Counted from the stretch's first letter, positions 39,827 through 50,826 are shown. The stretch is DNA of 64,000 nt from Spirochaetia bacterium (GCA_963677925.2 CAXXYH010000004.1:320001-384000), one strand, 5' to 3'. The notes: generated by a model not told the origin, from the sequence alone. Numbers and translations are program-made.

Positions 39827-40897
39827 TTATCTTTCAGTATAATTCTGTTCCATCCACTTAAGGTATTCGCCGGATTTAACAGTTTCAATCCAATCCCGGT
39901 TTTCCAGGTACCATTTAACAGTCTCTTTTAGGCCTGAATCAAAGCTGTAAGCCTGTTTCCATTTGAGTTCTGTTTTCAGCCTTGAGCAGTCGATTGCATA
40001 ACGTCTGTCATGTCCGGGTCTATCCTTTACATAGGTTATCAGTTTTTTATAGTAATCCTTGTCCTTGCCCTTAAGTTCAGCAACTATTTCACAGAGACTG
40101 TTCACCAGCCTGATATTTTCCCACTCGTTTTCACCGCCGATATTATAGGAACGGCCGGTTTCGCCGTCATTCACTATAGTCCACACCGCGGAATTGTGAT
40201 CTTCCACATACAGCCAGTCTCGTATATTTTTTCCATCCCCGTATACCGGCAGAGGTTTCTCTTTAACCATGTTTTCAATCATGACGGGGATTAGCTTCTC
40301 GGGAAACTGGTATGGGCCGTAATTGTTGGAACAGTTTGAAAGGGTAATAGGCATTCCGTATGTGTGGTTGTAGGCTCTCACAAGATGATCAGATGAGGCT
40401 TTGGCAGCAGAATAAGGACTTCTCGGATCATAGGGAGTATCCTCATGGAAATATCCTTCATCGCCAAGACTTCCGTATACTTCATCAGTACTTACATGGT
40501 GGAAGAGCTTTCCCTCAAAATCACCCCAATGGTCCCTTGCTGACTCGAGGAGGTTGAAGGTTCCGTTAATATTAGTGGTGATAAACTGTCCAGGCTCGGT
40601 AATTGAACGGTCAACATGACTTTCAGCAGCAAGGTGTATAATTGTGTCTATTTCATAATGCTTTATAACATTGTCAATTTCAGGTTTATCTCTAATATCA
40701 ACTTTTTCAAAGAAATAGCGCTCTCCGCCGAATTCCTTATCTATATCATCAAGGCTGTAGGGATTTCCAGCATAGGTTAGAGCATCAAGATTGACAATCT
40801 TTCCGTTAAAATCCGTCTTCTTAAACATATAGCGGATGAGGTTTGAACCGATAAATCCGGCACCGCCGGTTACGAGTATGTTGGTAAGTTTTCTCAT
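39827..40897 (-). CDS. rmlB: dTDP-glucose 4,6-dehydratase
   Basis: TGGAGFIG, HLAAESHVDRS, STDEVYG, YSAAKA, DRPGHDRRY. Confidence 0.97.
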   Translation of the reverse strand: MRKLTNILVTGGAGFIGSNLIRYMFKKTDFNGKIVNLDALTYAGNPYSLDDIDKEFGGERYFFEKVDIRDKPEIDNVIKHYEIDTIIHLAAESHVDRSITEPGQFITTNINGTFNLLESARDHWGDFEGKLFHHVSTDEVYGSLGDEGYFHEDTPYDPRSPYSAAKASSDHLVRAYNHTYGMPITLSNCSNNYGPYQFPEKLIPVMIENMVKEKPLPVYGDGKNIRDWLYVEDHNSAVWTIVNDGETGRSYNIGGENEWENIRLVNSLCEIVAELKGKDKDYYKKLITYVKDRPGHDRRYAIDCSRLKTELKWKQAYSFDSGLKETVKWYLENRDWIETVKSGEYLKWMEQNYTER

Positions 40898-41199
40898 AGT
40901 ATTTTTATTCCTTTCTTTTTTATTTCCGGTATTATAGGAAGTTGTGAATTATCAAAATCATATTTGGAAAAGCCCAATGCATCAAAACGTATATCATATT
41001 CCTTTGCTTTGGCAAAAATTTCTCGTGGATTAAACTCATTTTCATCAACTATTACAGCCAAATCAATATCACTCCAGGAATCATAAGATCCTTCTGAATA
41101 AGAACCAAATAAAAAAATATTCTGGATTTTGTATTCTTTTTTTAACTCATCACAGAACCTTTTGATAGTTATACGAATGGAATCATCGATTTCAACCAT
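40894..41199 (-). CDS. Minimal nucleotidyltransferase (MNT, MntA-like)
   Basis: 101 aa; LFGSYSEGSYDSWSDIDLAV (GSx10DxD); SD AAGGAG. Confidence 0.9.
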   Translation of the reverse strand: MVEIDDSIRITIKRFCDELKKEYKIQNIFLFGSYSEGSYDSWSDIDLAVIVDENEFNPREIFAKAKEYDIRFDALGFSKYDFDNSQLPIIPEIKKKGIKIL

Positions 41200-42416
41200 T
41201 GATAAATCTCCTTTCCATTTTCTAAAATATATTCTGAACGTGTCTTATCAACATCTTTTGACAGAGATTTTATTCTCTCACCATATCTGCTTGCTATATA
41301 ATAATATGAAAGATCATTAAATAGTTCTTTTCTCTCTTCTTCAATTTTTATACCAAATCCATTTGCTAATCTTAACAAGTCATGTATCCGCGGGACAGAA
41401 ATACCATTATATTCATATAAAGCTTTTAGTGCTTTTTCAATACATTGTTGTACTGTAATTAAGACATAAAGATACCTGCCTGAATCATGCATGGATGATG
41501 CCGTCTCTATATCATATTCTGCATGTTCAATCCAGTTTTCCACTCTTGAAAACAGCTTATTACATTCCTTCAGAAATTTCTCAAGACTTTCCTGCCAGGA
41601 TTCAACATTGTAGCTGAAGACCTTTTTGACTTTTTCCTTGGAAAGAAGCGAGTATTCCGGACGCTTTACCTTTGCAGGAAATTCATAGCTTGTACATGAA
41701 CCAACATTACAATCATTCGTGACTAAACCGAGATTTCGTCCCATCCTGTAAATCTCTGATGCAAATTCAAACCAAGTACACTGGTTTTCTCCGGACAGAT
41801 GATAAAGGCCGTAATCGGTTGAATCAGTCTGAATAATTGTTTTTATCAGTCCTGTGAGCAGTTTAGTCCAGGTCGGGGAACCATGCTGATCATTAACTAC
41901 CTTTATAGAGTCACGGCTGTTCATAAGTTTTATCATCGTAAAAACGAAGTTGGGTCCGTACTGACCATAGAGCCAGGCGGTACGGATGATAAAATGCCTG
42001 CTGTTGGTGCCGGCAATTGCCTGCTCACCTTCAAGCTTACTCCGGCCATAGACTGATACAGGTCCAGTTTGTGCCTGTTCGGAAAGAGGAGTACTGCTGC
42101 TGCCGTCAAAAACATAGTCTGTTGATATATGAATTACAGGAATTTCAAGCTCTGTGGACAGTTTTCCGATATTCCCGGCACCGTCACGATTAAGCGCATA
42201 GGCTAATTCGCTTTCTTCCTCAGCCTTTTCAACAGCGGTGTAGGCGGAACAGTTCACAATCCAGTCCGGTTTATTTACTTCCGCATATTCTTTCAATGCT
42301 TCAGGCTCAAGAATTGAAACTTCCCGATCCGTTCCGCAGAAATCCATGCCGGCCTGCTTAAACTCCTCAGACAGCTCTGTGCCGAGCATTCCCTTATTAC
42401 CGATAATCCAGATCAT
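41169..42416 (-). CDS. rmlD: dTDP-4-dehydrorhamnose reductase fused to a C-terminal HEPN domain
   Basis: aa 1-284: GNKGMLG, STDYVFDG, YGRSK, DQHGSPT. aa 285-415: W...A.YD...A, QQCIEKALKAL, P.IHDL..L, YYIASRY. Confidence 0.9.
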   Translation of the reverse strand: MIWIIGNKGMLGTELSEEFKQAGMDFCGTDREVSILEPEALKEYAEVNKPDWIVNCSAYTAVEKAEEESELAYALNRDGAGNIGKLSTELEIPVIHISTDYVFDGSSSTPLSEQAQTGPVSVYGRSKLEGEQAIAGTNSRHFIIRTAWLYGQYGPNFVFTMIKLMNSRDSIKVVNDQHGSPTWTKLLTGLIKTIIQTDSTDYGLYHLSGENQCTWFEFASEIYRMGRNLGLVTNDCNVGSCTSYEFPAKVKRPEYSLLSKEKVKKVFSYNVESWQESLEKFLKECNKLFSRVENWIEHAEYDIETASSMHDSGRYLYVLITVQQCIEKALKALYEYNGISVPRIHDLLRLANGFGIKIEEERKELFNDLSYYYIASRYGERIKSLSKDVDKTRSEYILENGKEIYQWLKSMIPFV

Positions 42417-42958
42417 TTTAAAACCTTTAAAAAGGGAAGCGTTTCATCTTTGGCAGATACTGAAGGAGTAATTCCACTCAACGGCCATTGCACAGCAACT
42501 TCGGGATCATTCCATTTGATCCCACCGTCAGCTGTCGGTGCATACTCTGCGGTACATTTGTATAGAAAGTGGGTATTGTCTGTCAGAGTCAGAAAGCCGT
42601 GAGCGAACCCCGGCGGGATATAAAACATCTTTCCATTTTCTTCAGTTAACTCTACACCAACCCACTTTCCGTAGGTTTCGGACTCTTCACGAAGATCAAC
42701 TCCTACATCCCAGACAGCGCCTTTAACAACACGTACCAATTTACCCTGGGCATGGGGTTCTGTCTGGAAATGCAGGCCTCTAAGAACACCTTTTGAAGAG
42801 AGAGAGTGGTTGTCCTGAACAAAATCTTCGGCTATTCCAGCGTTTACAAACTCAGACTTTTTGTAAGTTTCCATAAAAAAACCGCGGTCATCAGGAAATT
42901 TCCGCGGTTCAATTATGATAAGTCCTTCAATATCAGTTTTAACAAAATTAAAAGGCAT
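42413..42958 (-). CDS. rmlC: dTDP-4-dehydrorhamnose 3,5-epimerase
   Basis: DDRGFFME, QDNHS.S.KGVLRGLH, PPGFAHGF. Confidence 0.97.
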   Translation of the reverse strand: MPFNFVKTDIEGLIIIEPRKFPDDRGFFMETYKKSEFVNAGIAEDFVQDNHSLSSKGVLRGLHFQTEPHAQGKLVRVVKGAVWDVGVDLREESETYGKWVGVELTEENGKMFYIPPGFAHGFLTLTDNTHFLYKCTAEYAPTADGGIKWNDPEVAVQWPLSGITPSVSAKDETLPFLKVLK

Positions 42959-42976
42959 TATCAGATACTCCGTTTA

Positions 42977-43846
42977 TTATAATGTTTCGATGTAATGCTG
43001 CAGATACTGTCCATAGGTTGATTTTGCGAGGGAGTCTGCAAGGTCTATCAGCTGTTTCTTATCAATGAAGCCCATTTTATAAGCAATTTCCTCGATACAG
43101 GCTATTTTAAGGCCCTGACGATCTTCTATTGTCTTTACATAGTTTGTTGCATCAACCAGTGAATCGTGAGTTCCGGTATCAAGCCAGGCAAAGCCCCTGC
43201 CCATCAGCTGAACTTTAAGCTCGTTCATTTTAAGATATTCGTTGTTAACTGTTGTAATTTCAAGCTCTCCACGGGCGGAAGGTTTAATATTATGAGCAAT
43301 ATCAATAACCCTGTTATCGTAAAAATACAGGCCGACAACAGCATAGTTTGATTTTGGTTCGGCTGGTTTTTCTTCAATGGATAATGCTGTGCCGTTTTCA
43401 TCAAAATCAACAACACCGTAACGTTCAGGATCCTTGACCCAGTATCCGAATACAGTAGCTCCTGATTTCTGAGCTGCGGCTTCCTGGACCATCTGGGAAA
43501 AATGATGTCCGTAGAAGATATTATCACCGAGGATCAGGCAGACGGAATCATCTCCGACAAAGTCTTTTCCAAGAATAAAGGCCTCAGCAAGCCCGTTAGG
43601 GGCATCCTGTATCTTGTATTCAATATTCAAACCAAGATGTGAACCGTCTTTGAATAATTCTTCGAATCTTGAAGTATCCTGAGGAGTGGAAATTATAAGA
43701 ATATCCTTGATACCTGCAAGCATCAGTGTGGAAAGCGGATAATAAATCATAGGTTTGTCATAAACAGGAAGAAGCTGCTTGCAGACAACCTGTGTCGCAG
43801 GAAAAAGTCTGGTGCCGGAACCTCCGGCAAGTATAATACCTTTCAC
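42977..43846 (-). CDS. rmlA: Glucose-1-phosphate thymidylyltransferase
   Basis: [32 protein letters not shown]. Confidence 0.97.
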   Translation of the reverse strand: MKGIILAGGSGTRLFPATQVVCKQLLPVYDKPMIYYPLSTLMLAGIKDILIISTPQDTSRFEELFKDGSHLGLNIEYKIQDAPNGLAEAFILGKDFVGDDSVCLILGDNIFYGHHFSQMVQEAAAQKSGATVFGYWVKDPERYGVVDFDENGTALSIEEKPAEPKSNYAVVGLYFYDNRVIDIAHNIKPSARGELEITTVNNEYLKMNELKVQLMGRGFAWLDTGTHDSLVDATNYVKTIEDRQGLKIACIEEIAYKMGFIDKKQLIDLADSLAKSTYGQYLQHYIETL

Positions 43847-43867
43847 TTTTTATTCTCCTTAAAAAAG

Positions 43868-45172
43868 TTATTTACGTCCTACGCCCTCATAGGTAAATCC
43901 CTCTTTAACTACAAGCTCGGGATCAAGAAGGTTTCGGGTATCAAGAATGATATTACTCTTCATTACCTCTTTTATTCTGCTGAGGTTTAGACCTCTGTAC
44001 TCATTCCATTCCGTAATAATAATCAGAGCATCGGCACCCTTTGCGGCATCATATGCGCTGTGACAGTACATAATATCCGGATACATCTTTGCGAAATTAT
44101 CCATTCCCTTGGGATCATGCGCCTGCACATTACCTTTGGCGGAAAGGATTTCTTTTACGATCGTAATTGCAGGACTTTCACGGATATCATCAGTCTGCTG
44201 TTTAAAAGCAAGCCCCAGAACCGCTATTGTTTTACCTTCAAGCCCGCCGGTCAGCTTAGACAGCTTTTCAACCATTCTGGCCTTCTGCTTCTCATTTGTG
44301 TCTATTACGGATTCAATCAGGTTCATCTGAACACCGTATTTCTTACCAAAACTTGCAATGGCCTTGGTATCCTTCGGAAAACAGCTTCCGCCGTAACCGG
44401 GCCCCGGATGCAGAAACTTGGGACTTATACGTCCGTCCATTCCCATGGATTTAGCCACCTGATGAATATCCGCACCAACAGCCTCTGACAGGTTTGCGAT
44501 TTCATTGATAAAGGTAATCTTTGTAGCAAGAAAAGCGTTAGAAGCGTATTTTATAAGCTCGGCTGTTTCAAGATTGCACCAGACAAATGGAACACTTATC
44601 AGGTTCAGGCTGCGGTACACTTCAAACATTACGTCTTTAGCCTTTTCGGTTGAATAACCGATAACGGTTCTGTCAGGATGAAAAAAGTCCTGTGTGGCAC
44701 GGCCTTCCCTTAGGAATTCAGGGTTTGAAACAACATCGAAATCGGAATGACCTACTTTCTCTTTGAGCGTTTCATAGATCCAGCGGTTTGTTCCGACAGG
44801 CACGGTTGATTTTGTTACTACAACCTTGTAACCGTTCATGTTCTGAGCTATGGATTCAAGAACAGCTTCAACATAGCTTAAGTCCGCTTCCATGTTAGGC
44901 TTTTCAGGAGTTCCTACAGCGATAAAAATAACATCTGCTTCTTTAATAGCAGTGTTTATATCAGATGTAAAATCGAGTCGTCCCGATTCAAGGTTTCGTC
45001 TCAGGTAGTCCTCAACGCCCGGTTCATATATTGGAGAAATTCCGTTTTTAAGAAGTTCAATTTTCTTTTCATCAAGATCTACACCGGTTACCTGATTTCC
45101 GAAATCTGAAAGTCCGACCGCAGCGATCAGACCGACATAGCCTGTTCCAACTACACATATTTTTTTTGACAT
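43868..45172 (-). CDS. ugd: UDP-glucose 6-dehydrogenase
   Basis: GTGYVG, KSTVPVGT, SNPEFLREG, GYGGSCFPKD. Confidence 0.92.
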   Translation of the reverse strand: MSKKICVVGTGYVGLIAAVGLSDFGNQVTGVDLDEKKIELLKNGISPIYEPGVEDYLRRNLESGRLDFTSDINTAIKEADVIFIAVGTPEKPNMEADLSYVEAVLESIAQNMNGYKVVVTKSTVPVGTNRWIYETLKEKVGHSDFDVVSNPEFLREGRATQDFFHPDRTVIGYSTEKAKDVMFEVYRSLNLISVPFVWCNLETAELIKYASNAFLATKITFINEIANLSEAVGADIHQVAKSMGMDGRISPKFLHPGPGYGGSCFPKDTKAIASFGKKYGVQMNLIESVIDTNEKQKARMVEKLSKLTGGLEGKTIAVLGLAFKQQTDDIRESPAITIVKEILSAKGNVQAHDPKGMDNFAKMYPDIMYCHSAYDAAKGADALIIITEWNEYRGLNLSRIKEVMKSNIILDTRNLLDPELVVKEGFTYEGVGRK

Positions 45173-45191
45173 TTAATTAACCTCGTATATA

Positions 45192-45860
45192 TCAATTTAG
45201 AAGATCTTTAAGAAGCCCTTCCGGTTGAGGGAGGTTCTTAAATCTATTCAATACTTTTAATTTTGAATTAAAGACAGCAATTGCAGTTAGAATTATAATT
45301 TTAAAATAAATTCTTAATGAATGATTTTCATAAAACCAACATTCAAGATCTCCCTTATAATTGGCAATTAATGTATCATGTATTTCATTATAATCCATAC
45401 CAGACCTAGCCATAACATCTTCTTCATCTCTAAAGATAATTGAACCAATGCCTGTTAGACCAGGAGTAAGCTTTGAAATAACCAAGCGTTGCTCTTTTGA
45501 ATAATTATTGTATTGTTTTTCTGTAAGTGGACGAGGGCCGACAATACTCATATTTCCAATCCAAATATTAAAAAGCTGTGGCAATTCATTAATTTTAGTT
45601 TTTCTTAGAAATTTACCAACTGGTAATACTCTAGGATCATTCTTTGTGGTTACGGCACCACCTTTCATTGATTCGCTTTTTTTTAACATTGTTGCAAATT
45701 TTATAACATTAAAGAGCTTTTCATTTCTACCCATTCGTTTTTGCAAATAGAATATTTCATGTTCCCCTGTCATTAAAAGTAAAATACATATTATAAATAA
45801 TAATGGAGAAAAAACGACTATAGCAATTGATGAAAACAGTAAATCAAAAAATCTCTGCAT
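45192..45860 (-). CDS. Initiating sugar-phosphate (phosphoglycosyl) transferase
   Basis: RFFD, KFATM, LRKTKINELPQL.N, MSIVGPRP, PGLTG. Confidence 0.9.
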   Translation of the reverse strand: MQRFFDLLFSSIAIVVFSPLLFIICILLLMTGEHEIFYLQKRMGRNEKLFNVIKFATMLKKSESMKGGAVTTKNDPRVLPVGKFLRKTKINELPQLFNIWIGNMSIVGPRPLTEKQYNNYSKEQRLVISKLTPGLTGIGSIIFRDEEDVMARSGMDYNEIHDTLIANYKGDLECWFYENHSLRIYFKIIILTAIAVFNSKLKVLNRFKNLPQPEGLLKDLLN

Positions 45861-45862
45861 TT

Positions 45863-47047
45863 TTACATCCTTCCATCTAAATATTTTCCTGTTTCTTTAT
45901 GTCCAAAATTTGGTATCATTTCGTTAAATAAATTAACTAACTGGTTTTTATCCCAATTTGTTTTTTTTAACAAATTTATCTCATTAAGAAATTTTTCTAA
46001 TTTATTTTCAGAATAATTCAATTTATTCTTGATTATTCCTAGTGAAATAAAACGTTCTAAATCTATAATTTCTTCTTTTGTAAAAAATTCTTCAAAATCT
46101 TTTTCCCCTGTAGTATCACTTTTAAAAAAGTAGCATGGCCATTTCCCTTTATCCGGCATAGTATAAATCAAGTCTCTTGCCTCTTGTTCAGAATTACATT
46201 CATAAGGTTGATAACCTATTTGTTTTAAATATTTTTTTGCTATTGAAGAAAAGGTAATCAAGTTCAATTCGTGACTTAATTTAGGAAAGAAAATATCTCT
46301 ATTTTCACCAAGTAAAATTGACAACAAACAAAGTTGCCCGGCTTCCTCTGGGACAACAAAGTATCTGCGAACATCATTTGGTGCTGAGATTGGTTGTTTT
46401 TTTATAATTCTTTGATTAAAACCATGAAGCAAACTCCCATCTGAAAAAGCTACATTTGCAAACCTTGCAGTAGATATTGGGATTTCTTCACTTTTTTTCA
46501 TAAGAAACATTTCCATAATTCTTTTAGAAGCGCCCATCATATTTACAGGATTAGCTGCTTTATCAGTTGAAACACAAAAATATTTTTTTGCATTATACTT
46601 TATTGATAAATCAATAGTTTTTATCGTATTCAAAATGTTTACATCAATCATTCTCATTAATGTAAATGGATCTTTTTCACTTCTAACATGCTTCAAAGCT
46701 GATAGATTAACAACATAATCATACATCCCTTCACAAATGATCATTCTTTCAAATTCAATACTCCCACAATCAATTGCAAAAGTCTTAAAATCTCCATCTA
46801 TATAACCAATTGATGAACGAAGATCTCTTACAAGCTCAACCATATTGTTTTCAGAAATATCAACTACGTGAAGTTTTTTCGGATTTCTTTTAAAAATTTC
46901 TTTTACAACAGCTTGCCCAATTGAACCAGCTCCACCAATAACTAAAAAACCGGAGGACTTTACTAAATTATTAATGATATTAGCTTGTGAAATTATATCA
47001 TCTTTTAAAATAGATTCTTTTCTTCCAATTAATTTAAGAATATCCAT
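45863..47047 (-). CDS. UDP-N-acetylglucosamine 4,6-dehydratase
   Basis: GGAGSIG, ALKHV, STDKAANPVNMMGASK, RFANV. Confidence 0.88.
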   Translation of the reverse strand: MDILKLIGRKESILKDDIISQANIINNLVKSSGFLVIGGAGSIGQAVVKEIFKRNPKKLHVVDISENNMVELVRDLRSSIGYIDGDFKTFAIDCGSIEFERMIICEGMYDYVVNLSALKHVRSEKDPFTLMRMIDVNILNTIKTIDLSIKYNAKKYFCVSTDKAANPVNMMGASKRIMEMFLMKKSEEIPISTARFANVAFSDGSLLHGFNQRIIKKQPISAPNDVRRYFVVPEEAGQLCLLSILLGENRDIFFPKLSHELNLITFSSIAKKYLKQIGYQPYECNSEQEARDLIYTMPDKGKWPCYFFKSDTTGEKDFEEFFTKEEIIDLERFISLGIIKNKLNYSENKLEKFLNEINLLKKTNWDKNQLVNLFNEMIPNFGHKETGKYLDGRM

Positions 47048-47062
47048 TTCTGATTCCTTATT

Positions 47063-47929
47063 CTAAATTTTATTTAAACAGTAATCTTTAGATAGCAAAT
47101 CTATATCTGTCTTTAAATTTGTATCAACAATTAAATTACCGTAAAGTTTATCATAAACTGCAGGTTTTAGTTTCCTTAAAAAATAACAAAATAATTTAGA
47201 ATTAAATAAAAAAAGCTTCTTATTTATTTTTTTACTAACAGCTTGTACCAATTCTTTTGTAGAAATATTAAATGAATCAGAAATTATTATAATTCCTGAA
47301 GAAGCATCACTATTTAACAATAAATAGTTTAAATATATTAGAAAATTTTCAATATGTAAAAACGTTCTTTGATTCTTTACATCTTTAAATGGTAGAATTG
47401 GAAATTTATTAATTAATTTAATTAATAAACGAATATTGCCAGGGGCTTTTGGTCCATAAATCATTGGGGGTCTAATTAAGAAAACTTTAAAATTTTCGTC
47501 GTTTAACTCCAAAAGTATATGATCTGCTTCTAACTTAGATTTTCCATAATTTGTGATAGGGTTTGCTTTTGTTCTAATATCTATATTCTTATCATTCGCA
47601 TATACAGCAATAGAACTCATTTGTATAAATTTTTTAACATTATTTTTTTTTGCTTGATTTGCTAATTTAACTACAAGATCTCTATTAACTTGATAGTATA
47701 AAGATTCGATTCCTTTTTCTTTTCTATGTGCAATTCCAATCAATGAAAATACTATATCGATATTATTAAAAATAGAATCTGGTATTTCATTTAAATTATT
47801 ACAAATGATTTCACCTTCTAATCCGGTTTCAACTCTGCTTATTACCGTAATATCATATCTTTTAATATTTTCCTTGATGAAATAGTTACCAACATAACTA
47901 TCTCCTCCAATCACTAATAATTTAATCAT
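47063..47929 (-). CDS. NAD-dependent epimerase/4-reductase (QuiNAc/FucNAc-type)
   Basis: GGDSYVG, GIAH, SSIAVY, YGKSK, RPPMIYGP. Confidence 0.8.
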   Translation of the reverse strand: MIKLLVIGGDSYVGNYFIKENIKRYDITVISRVETGLEGEIICNNLNEIPDSIFNNIDIVFSLIGIAHRKEKGIESLYYQVNRDLVVKLANQAKKNNVKKFIQMSSIAVYANDKNIDIRTKANPITNYGKSKLEADHILLELNDENFKVFLIRPPMIYGPKAPGNIRLLIKLINKFPILPFKDVKNQRTFLHIENFLIYLNYLLLNSDASSGIIIISDSFNISTKELVQAVSKKINKKLFLFNSKLFCYFLRKLKPAVYDKLYGNLIVDTNLKTDIDLLSKDYCLNKI

Positions 47930-48746
47930 TTTTCATATACCTTTCTAACACTAATTGATTTATCTCTTTTCTCTCTTTATCAAAAAACCAACCCCACTTA
48001 TTAAAATAATAGATAGCTGCTTTTATATGAACAATTAACAATTTGAAATTCTTATGTGATTCCTTTTGATGTTCATGAATAATTTTAACGTTTGGATAAT
48101 ACATAGTCATATATTTTTTATGTATTCTTCTTGTTATATCAGTATCTTCTCCGTACATAAATATTTTTTCATCAAACAAACCAATTTCTTGTAATACAGT
48201 ACTTCTAAAAAACATAAAACATCCGGATAAATATGGAACATTTAACTCATTATTGTAATCTGTAAACCTTAATTCAAACTTAAAATTTCTACGTTCTATA
48301 ATTGATTTGAAAGGAATAAATCTTCTCCCAATCCAGTCAAAAGGAGTAGGTAATAACTTACACAGATATTGCATATCTCCATTTGGATAGATAATTCTTG
48401 GCATTGCTAAACCTATAGCGAAATTACTATCAAGATATTCAGCAAGTTTATCTAAAACATTTTTCTCAAAAACTATATCAGGATTTAAAACAACATGATA
48501 TTTTTCTTCATAAATACTATCTTTTAATGCAATATTATGCCCAGCACCATAACCATTATTATCTGCCTTTATATATCTAACATTTATATTACCATCAAAC
48601 CAATCTTTTGCATTATCATCGGGTGAATTATCAATAAGATATAATCTTGAACTTCGATCTGAAGAAAAAAAACTATCTATTACTTTTTTTACATCTTTAT
48701 ATCTATTTTTGTATATAACTATTGACCCGTTTATATCATTCTTCAT
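47922..48746 (-). CDS. GT2 glycosyltransferase (rhamnosyltransferase-like)
   Basis: IDNS, NGYGAGHN, LNPD, SGCFM, GLFDE.IFMYGED.D. Confidence 0.85.
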   Translation of the reverse strand: MKNDINGSIVIYKNRYKDVKKVIDSFFSSDRSSRLYLIDNSPDDNAKDWFDGNINVRYIKADNNGYGAGHNIALKDSIYEEKYHVVLNPDIVFEKNVLDKLAEYLDSNFAIGLAMPRIIYPNGDMQYLCKLLPTPFDWIGRRFIPFKSIIERRNFKFELRFTDYNNELNVPYLSGCFMFFRSTVLQEIGLFDEKIFMYGEDTDITRRIHKKYMTMYYPNVKIIHEHQKESHKNFKLLIVHIKAAIYYFNKWGWFFDKERKEINQLVLERYMKND

Positions 48747-48941
48747 GAATATTTCCTGTATTATATTGACTTAGAAATTTTTAAAAATTGTATTACTACC
48801 TAAAACTGCTTTCTACTCATTGAAGCTTAAATCATTTCAGTGCTTTCAGAGTCAATATACTTTTGAACAATAGGACTTTTCTAGTGCTATTTACAAAACA
48901 TAATTATTAAACAATTTTTAATCTCATCTAAAAGTGTCCTC

Positions 48942-50826
48942 TCACTGATATTCTATGATTTCAGACTCTGTAGCTGGTACTAATCTAATAGCTTTGCCTC
49001 CATTTGGTGGTAAATCTTCTTGAATTATAGATGTCGATTTTACTAATAATCTCTCTATTTGAACATCGCTTGAATCGCAACCTGTAGAATAAACAGTCGC
49101 AAGATACCAAATATCATCTGTAAGAAAACTAAGGGAACAACGATATTTTTAGAGTTACCAGTAATAGTACCAACATACCATTCAGTTCCTGATCTACGAG
49201 AAATAGATGCAAACTTTCCTATTTCTCCTAATAATGCGGTAGTTTCATCCTAAGTAGTTGGCAGCGCATCCCAGAATTCTAATTCTTCATTATCAAAACT
49301 ATCCGGACTATCCATACCAATATATAAATTGTAGCGGACTATAAAATAGAACTGTTTTAGCTAGTTGAGTAGCACGAGACCACTCACTTGTTACACGTTC
49401 ACTAAAATAACAAAAAGTATGATCCGCTGCACCCGCTAACATACGCGTATATAGGGATATCAATATGTTTGTCATAGACGGACTACCCTCATCTCCCAAT
49501 ATCCCTTCCTGAGTTAGCAAGTTAGGATAAGTACGGCTATAACCAGTAGGTCGATATTCATCATGAATATCTATTACCATTTCGTAATCTGCAGCCATTC
49601 TGACAGCACTATGTAGCCATTTTGTATAATATTGATTTCTTACTTTTACAAATCCAAATTTTATACCGTAAATACCATAGTTATGATAAGTATTTATAGT
49701 ATCTTTTAAATCATAATTCTCCATACCTACTTGGTTTAGATAAACAAAAGTTTTTAGCCCAACATTATATGCAGACTCTGTAACTAATTGTATGTCTATT
49801 TCATTAATGGGATCAGTAGGTACCGAATTCGGATTAAACTCCTCAGAATACCCCAAACCATACCAGCCAGCATCATAATGTAAATATTGTATATTGTGCT
49901 CTAAAGCAAAATCGATAGCATTAAGAGCCTCTTCAGCGGAAAGTCCTAATCGGATAGCTTTTCCTGGAGTGATCCAAGATGTATCAGACAACTCATTTGG
50001 GTCATTAAGATTGAGAATCAAATATTGTATATTTATCAAATCTGAATAAGAATCACCAATAATTATTACTCGCCACAGAGTAGAATATAGTGTTTTTGTA
50101 ACCACTTCACTATCAATTTTTGTAACAATATTATTACCATCGGCTTCTGAAAATAAAGTTCTACTATAGTCAACCATACGGGCTTCGGTAAGTGCTACAA
50201 CAAGACTACTATTTATTTCGATAGTTAATGGTCTTTCACAATTATTACCAATTGAACTGACAGTTTCCTCAGAATAAATACCTTGAGATTCTTATGTCAC
50301 AAATGCTTTATGATCATCTATAAAATTGAAAGAAGATACTTCGTCTTTGATAGTAACAGATGAAGAATTACCTACATCAGGTATTTCATAATTAAATGCT
50401 ACCCCTTCATCATATGCTCTAATAATAACATTGATATATTCACCACTTGATTTGATCAGCTTTAATGTTATCTCATTAAAATTATTTTCAATATTATTCC
50501 ATTGATCATATGGAGGATCCCAAGAAGAATTTTGACTTCTACTTGAAACTATTTCTATAGAAAGTTCTTCTGTAAACGTTTGTTGATCTAACAAAAGCCC
50601 AAATCGGCTATCTTGAATGATATTAGTTCCATTATATGAAATGGAATATAAAGGTACTCCATATAGGTTTCCGATATCACAAGTTTGAAACGAAATTCTT
50701 AATTTACCATCAGGAGACTCTAGGACTTCTCCAATTACAGGAGAAGTTGGTAATATGCAAGCAGTAATAAAGATTGTTCCATTAAATAATATTACTGCTA
50801 TTCTAAAAATATAAATTATTTTTCAA
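48942..50826 (-). pseudogene. Glycoside hydrolase family 97 (SusB-like) lipoprotein pseudogene
   Basis: SPDGKL, SWITPGKA, DAGWYG, GIKFGF, HDEYRPTG.SRTYPN, PTT*DET, GGKAIRL. Interrupted by TAA 50292-50294, TAG 49250-49252 and frameshifts near 50820, 49311 and 49135. Confidence 0.88.

Noticed and set aside
48942-50826. Stop-codon readthrough or alternative genetic code in the GH97 gene
   Set aside because: Lesions mix TAA, TAG and frameshifts, and neighbouring genes use these stops normally; decay explains it better.
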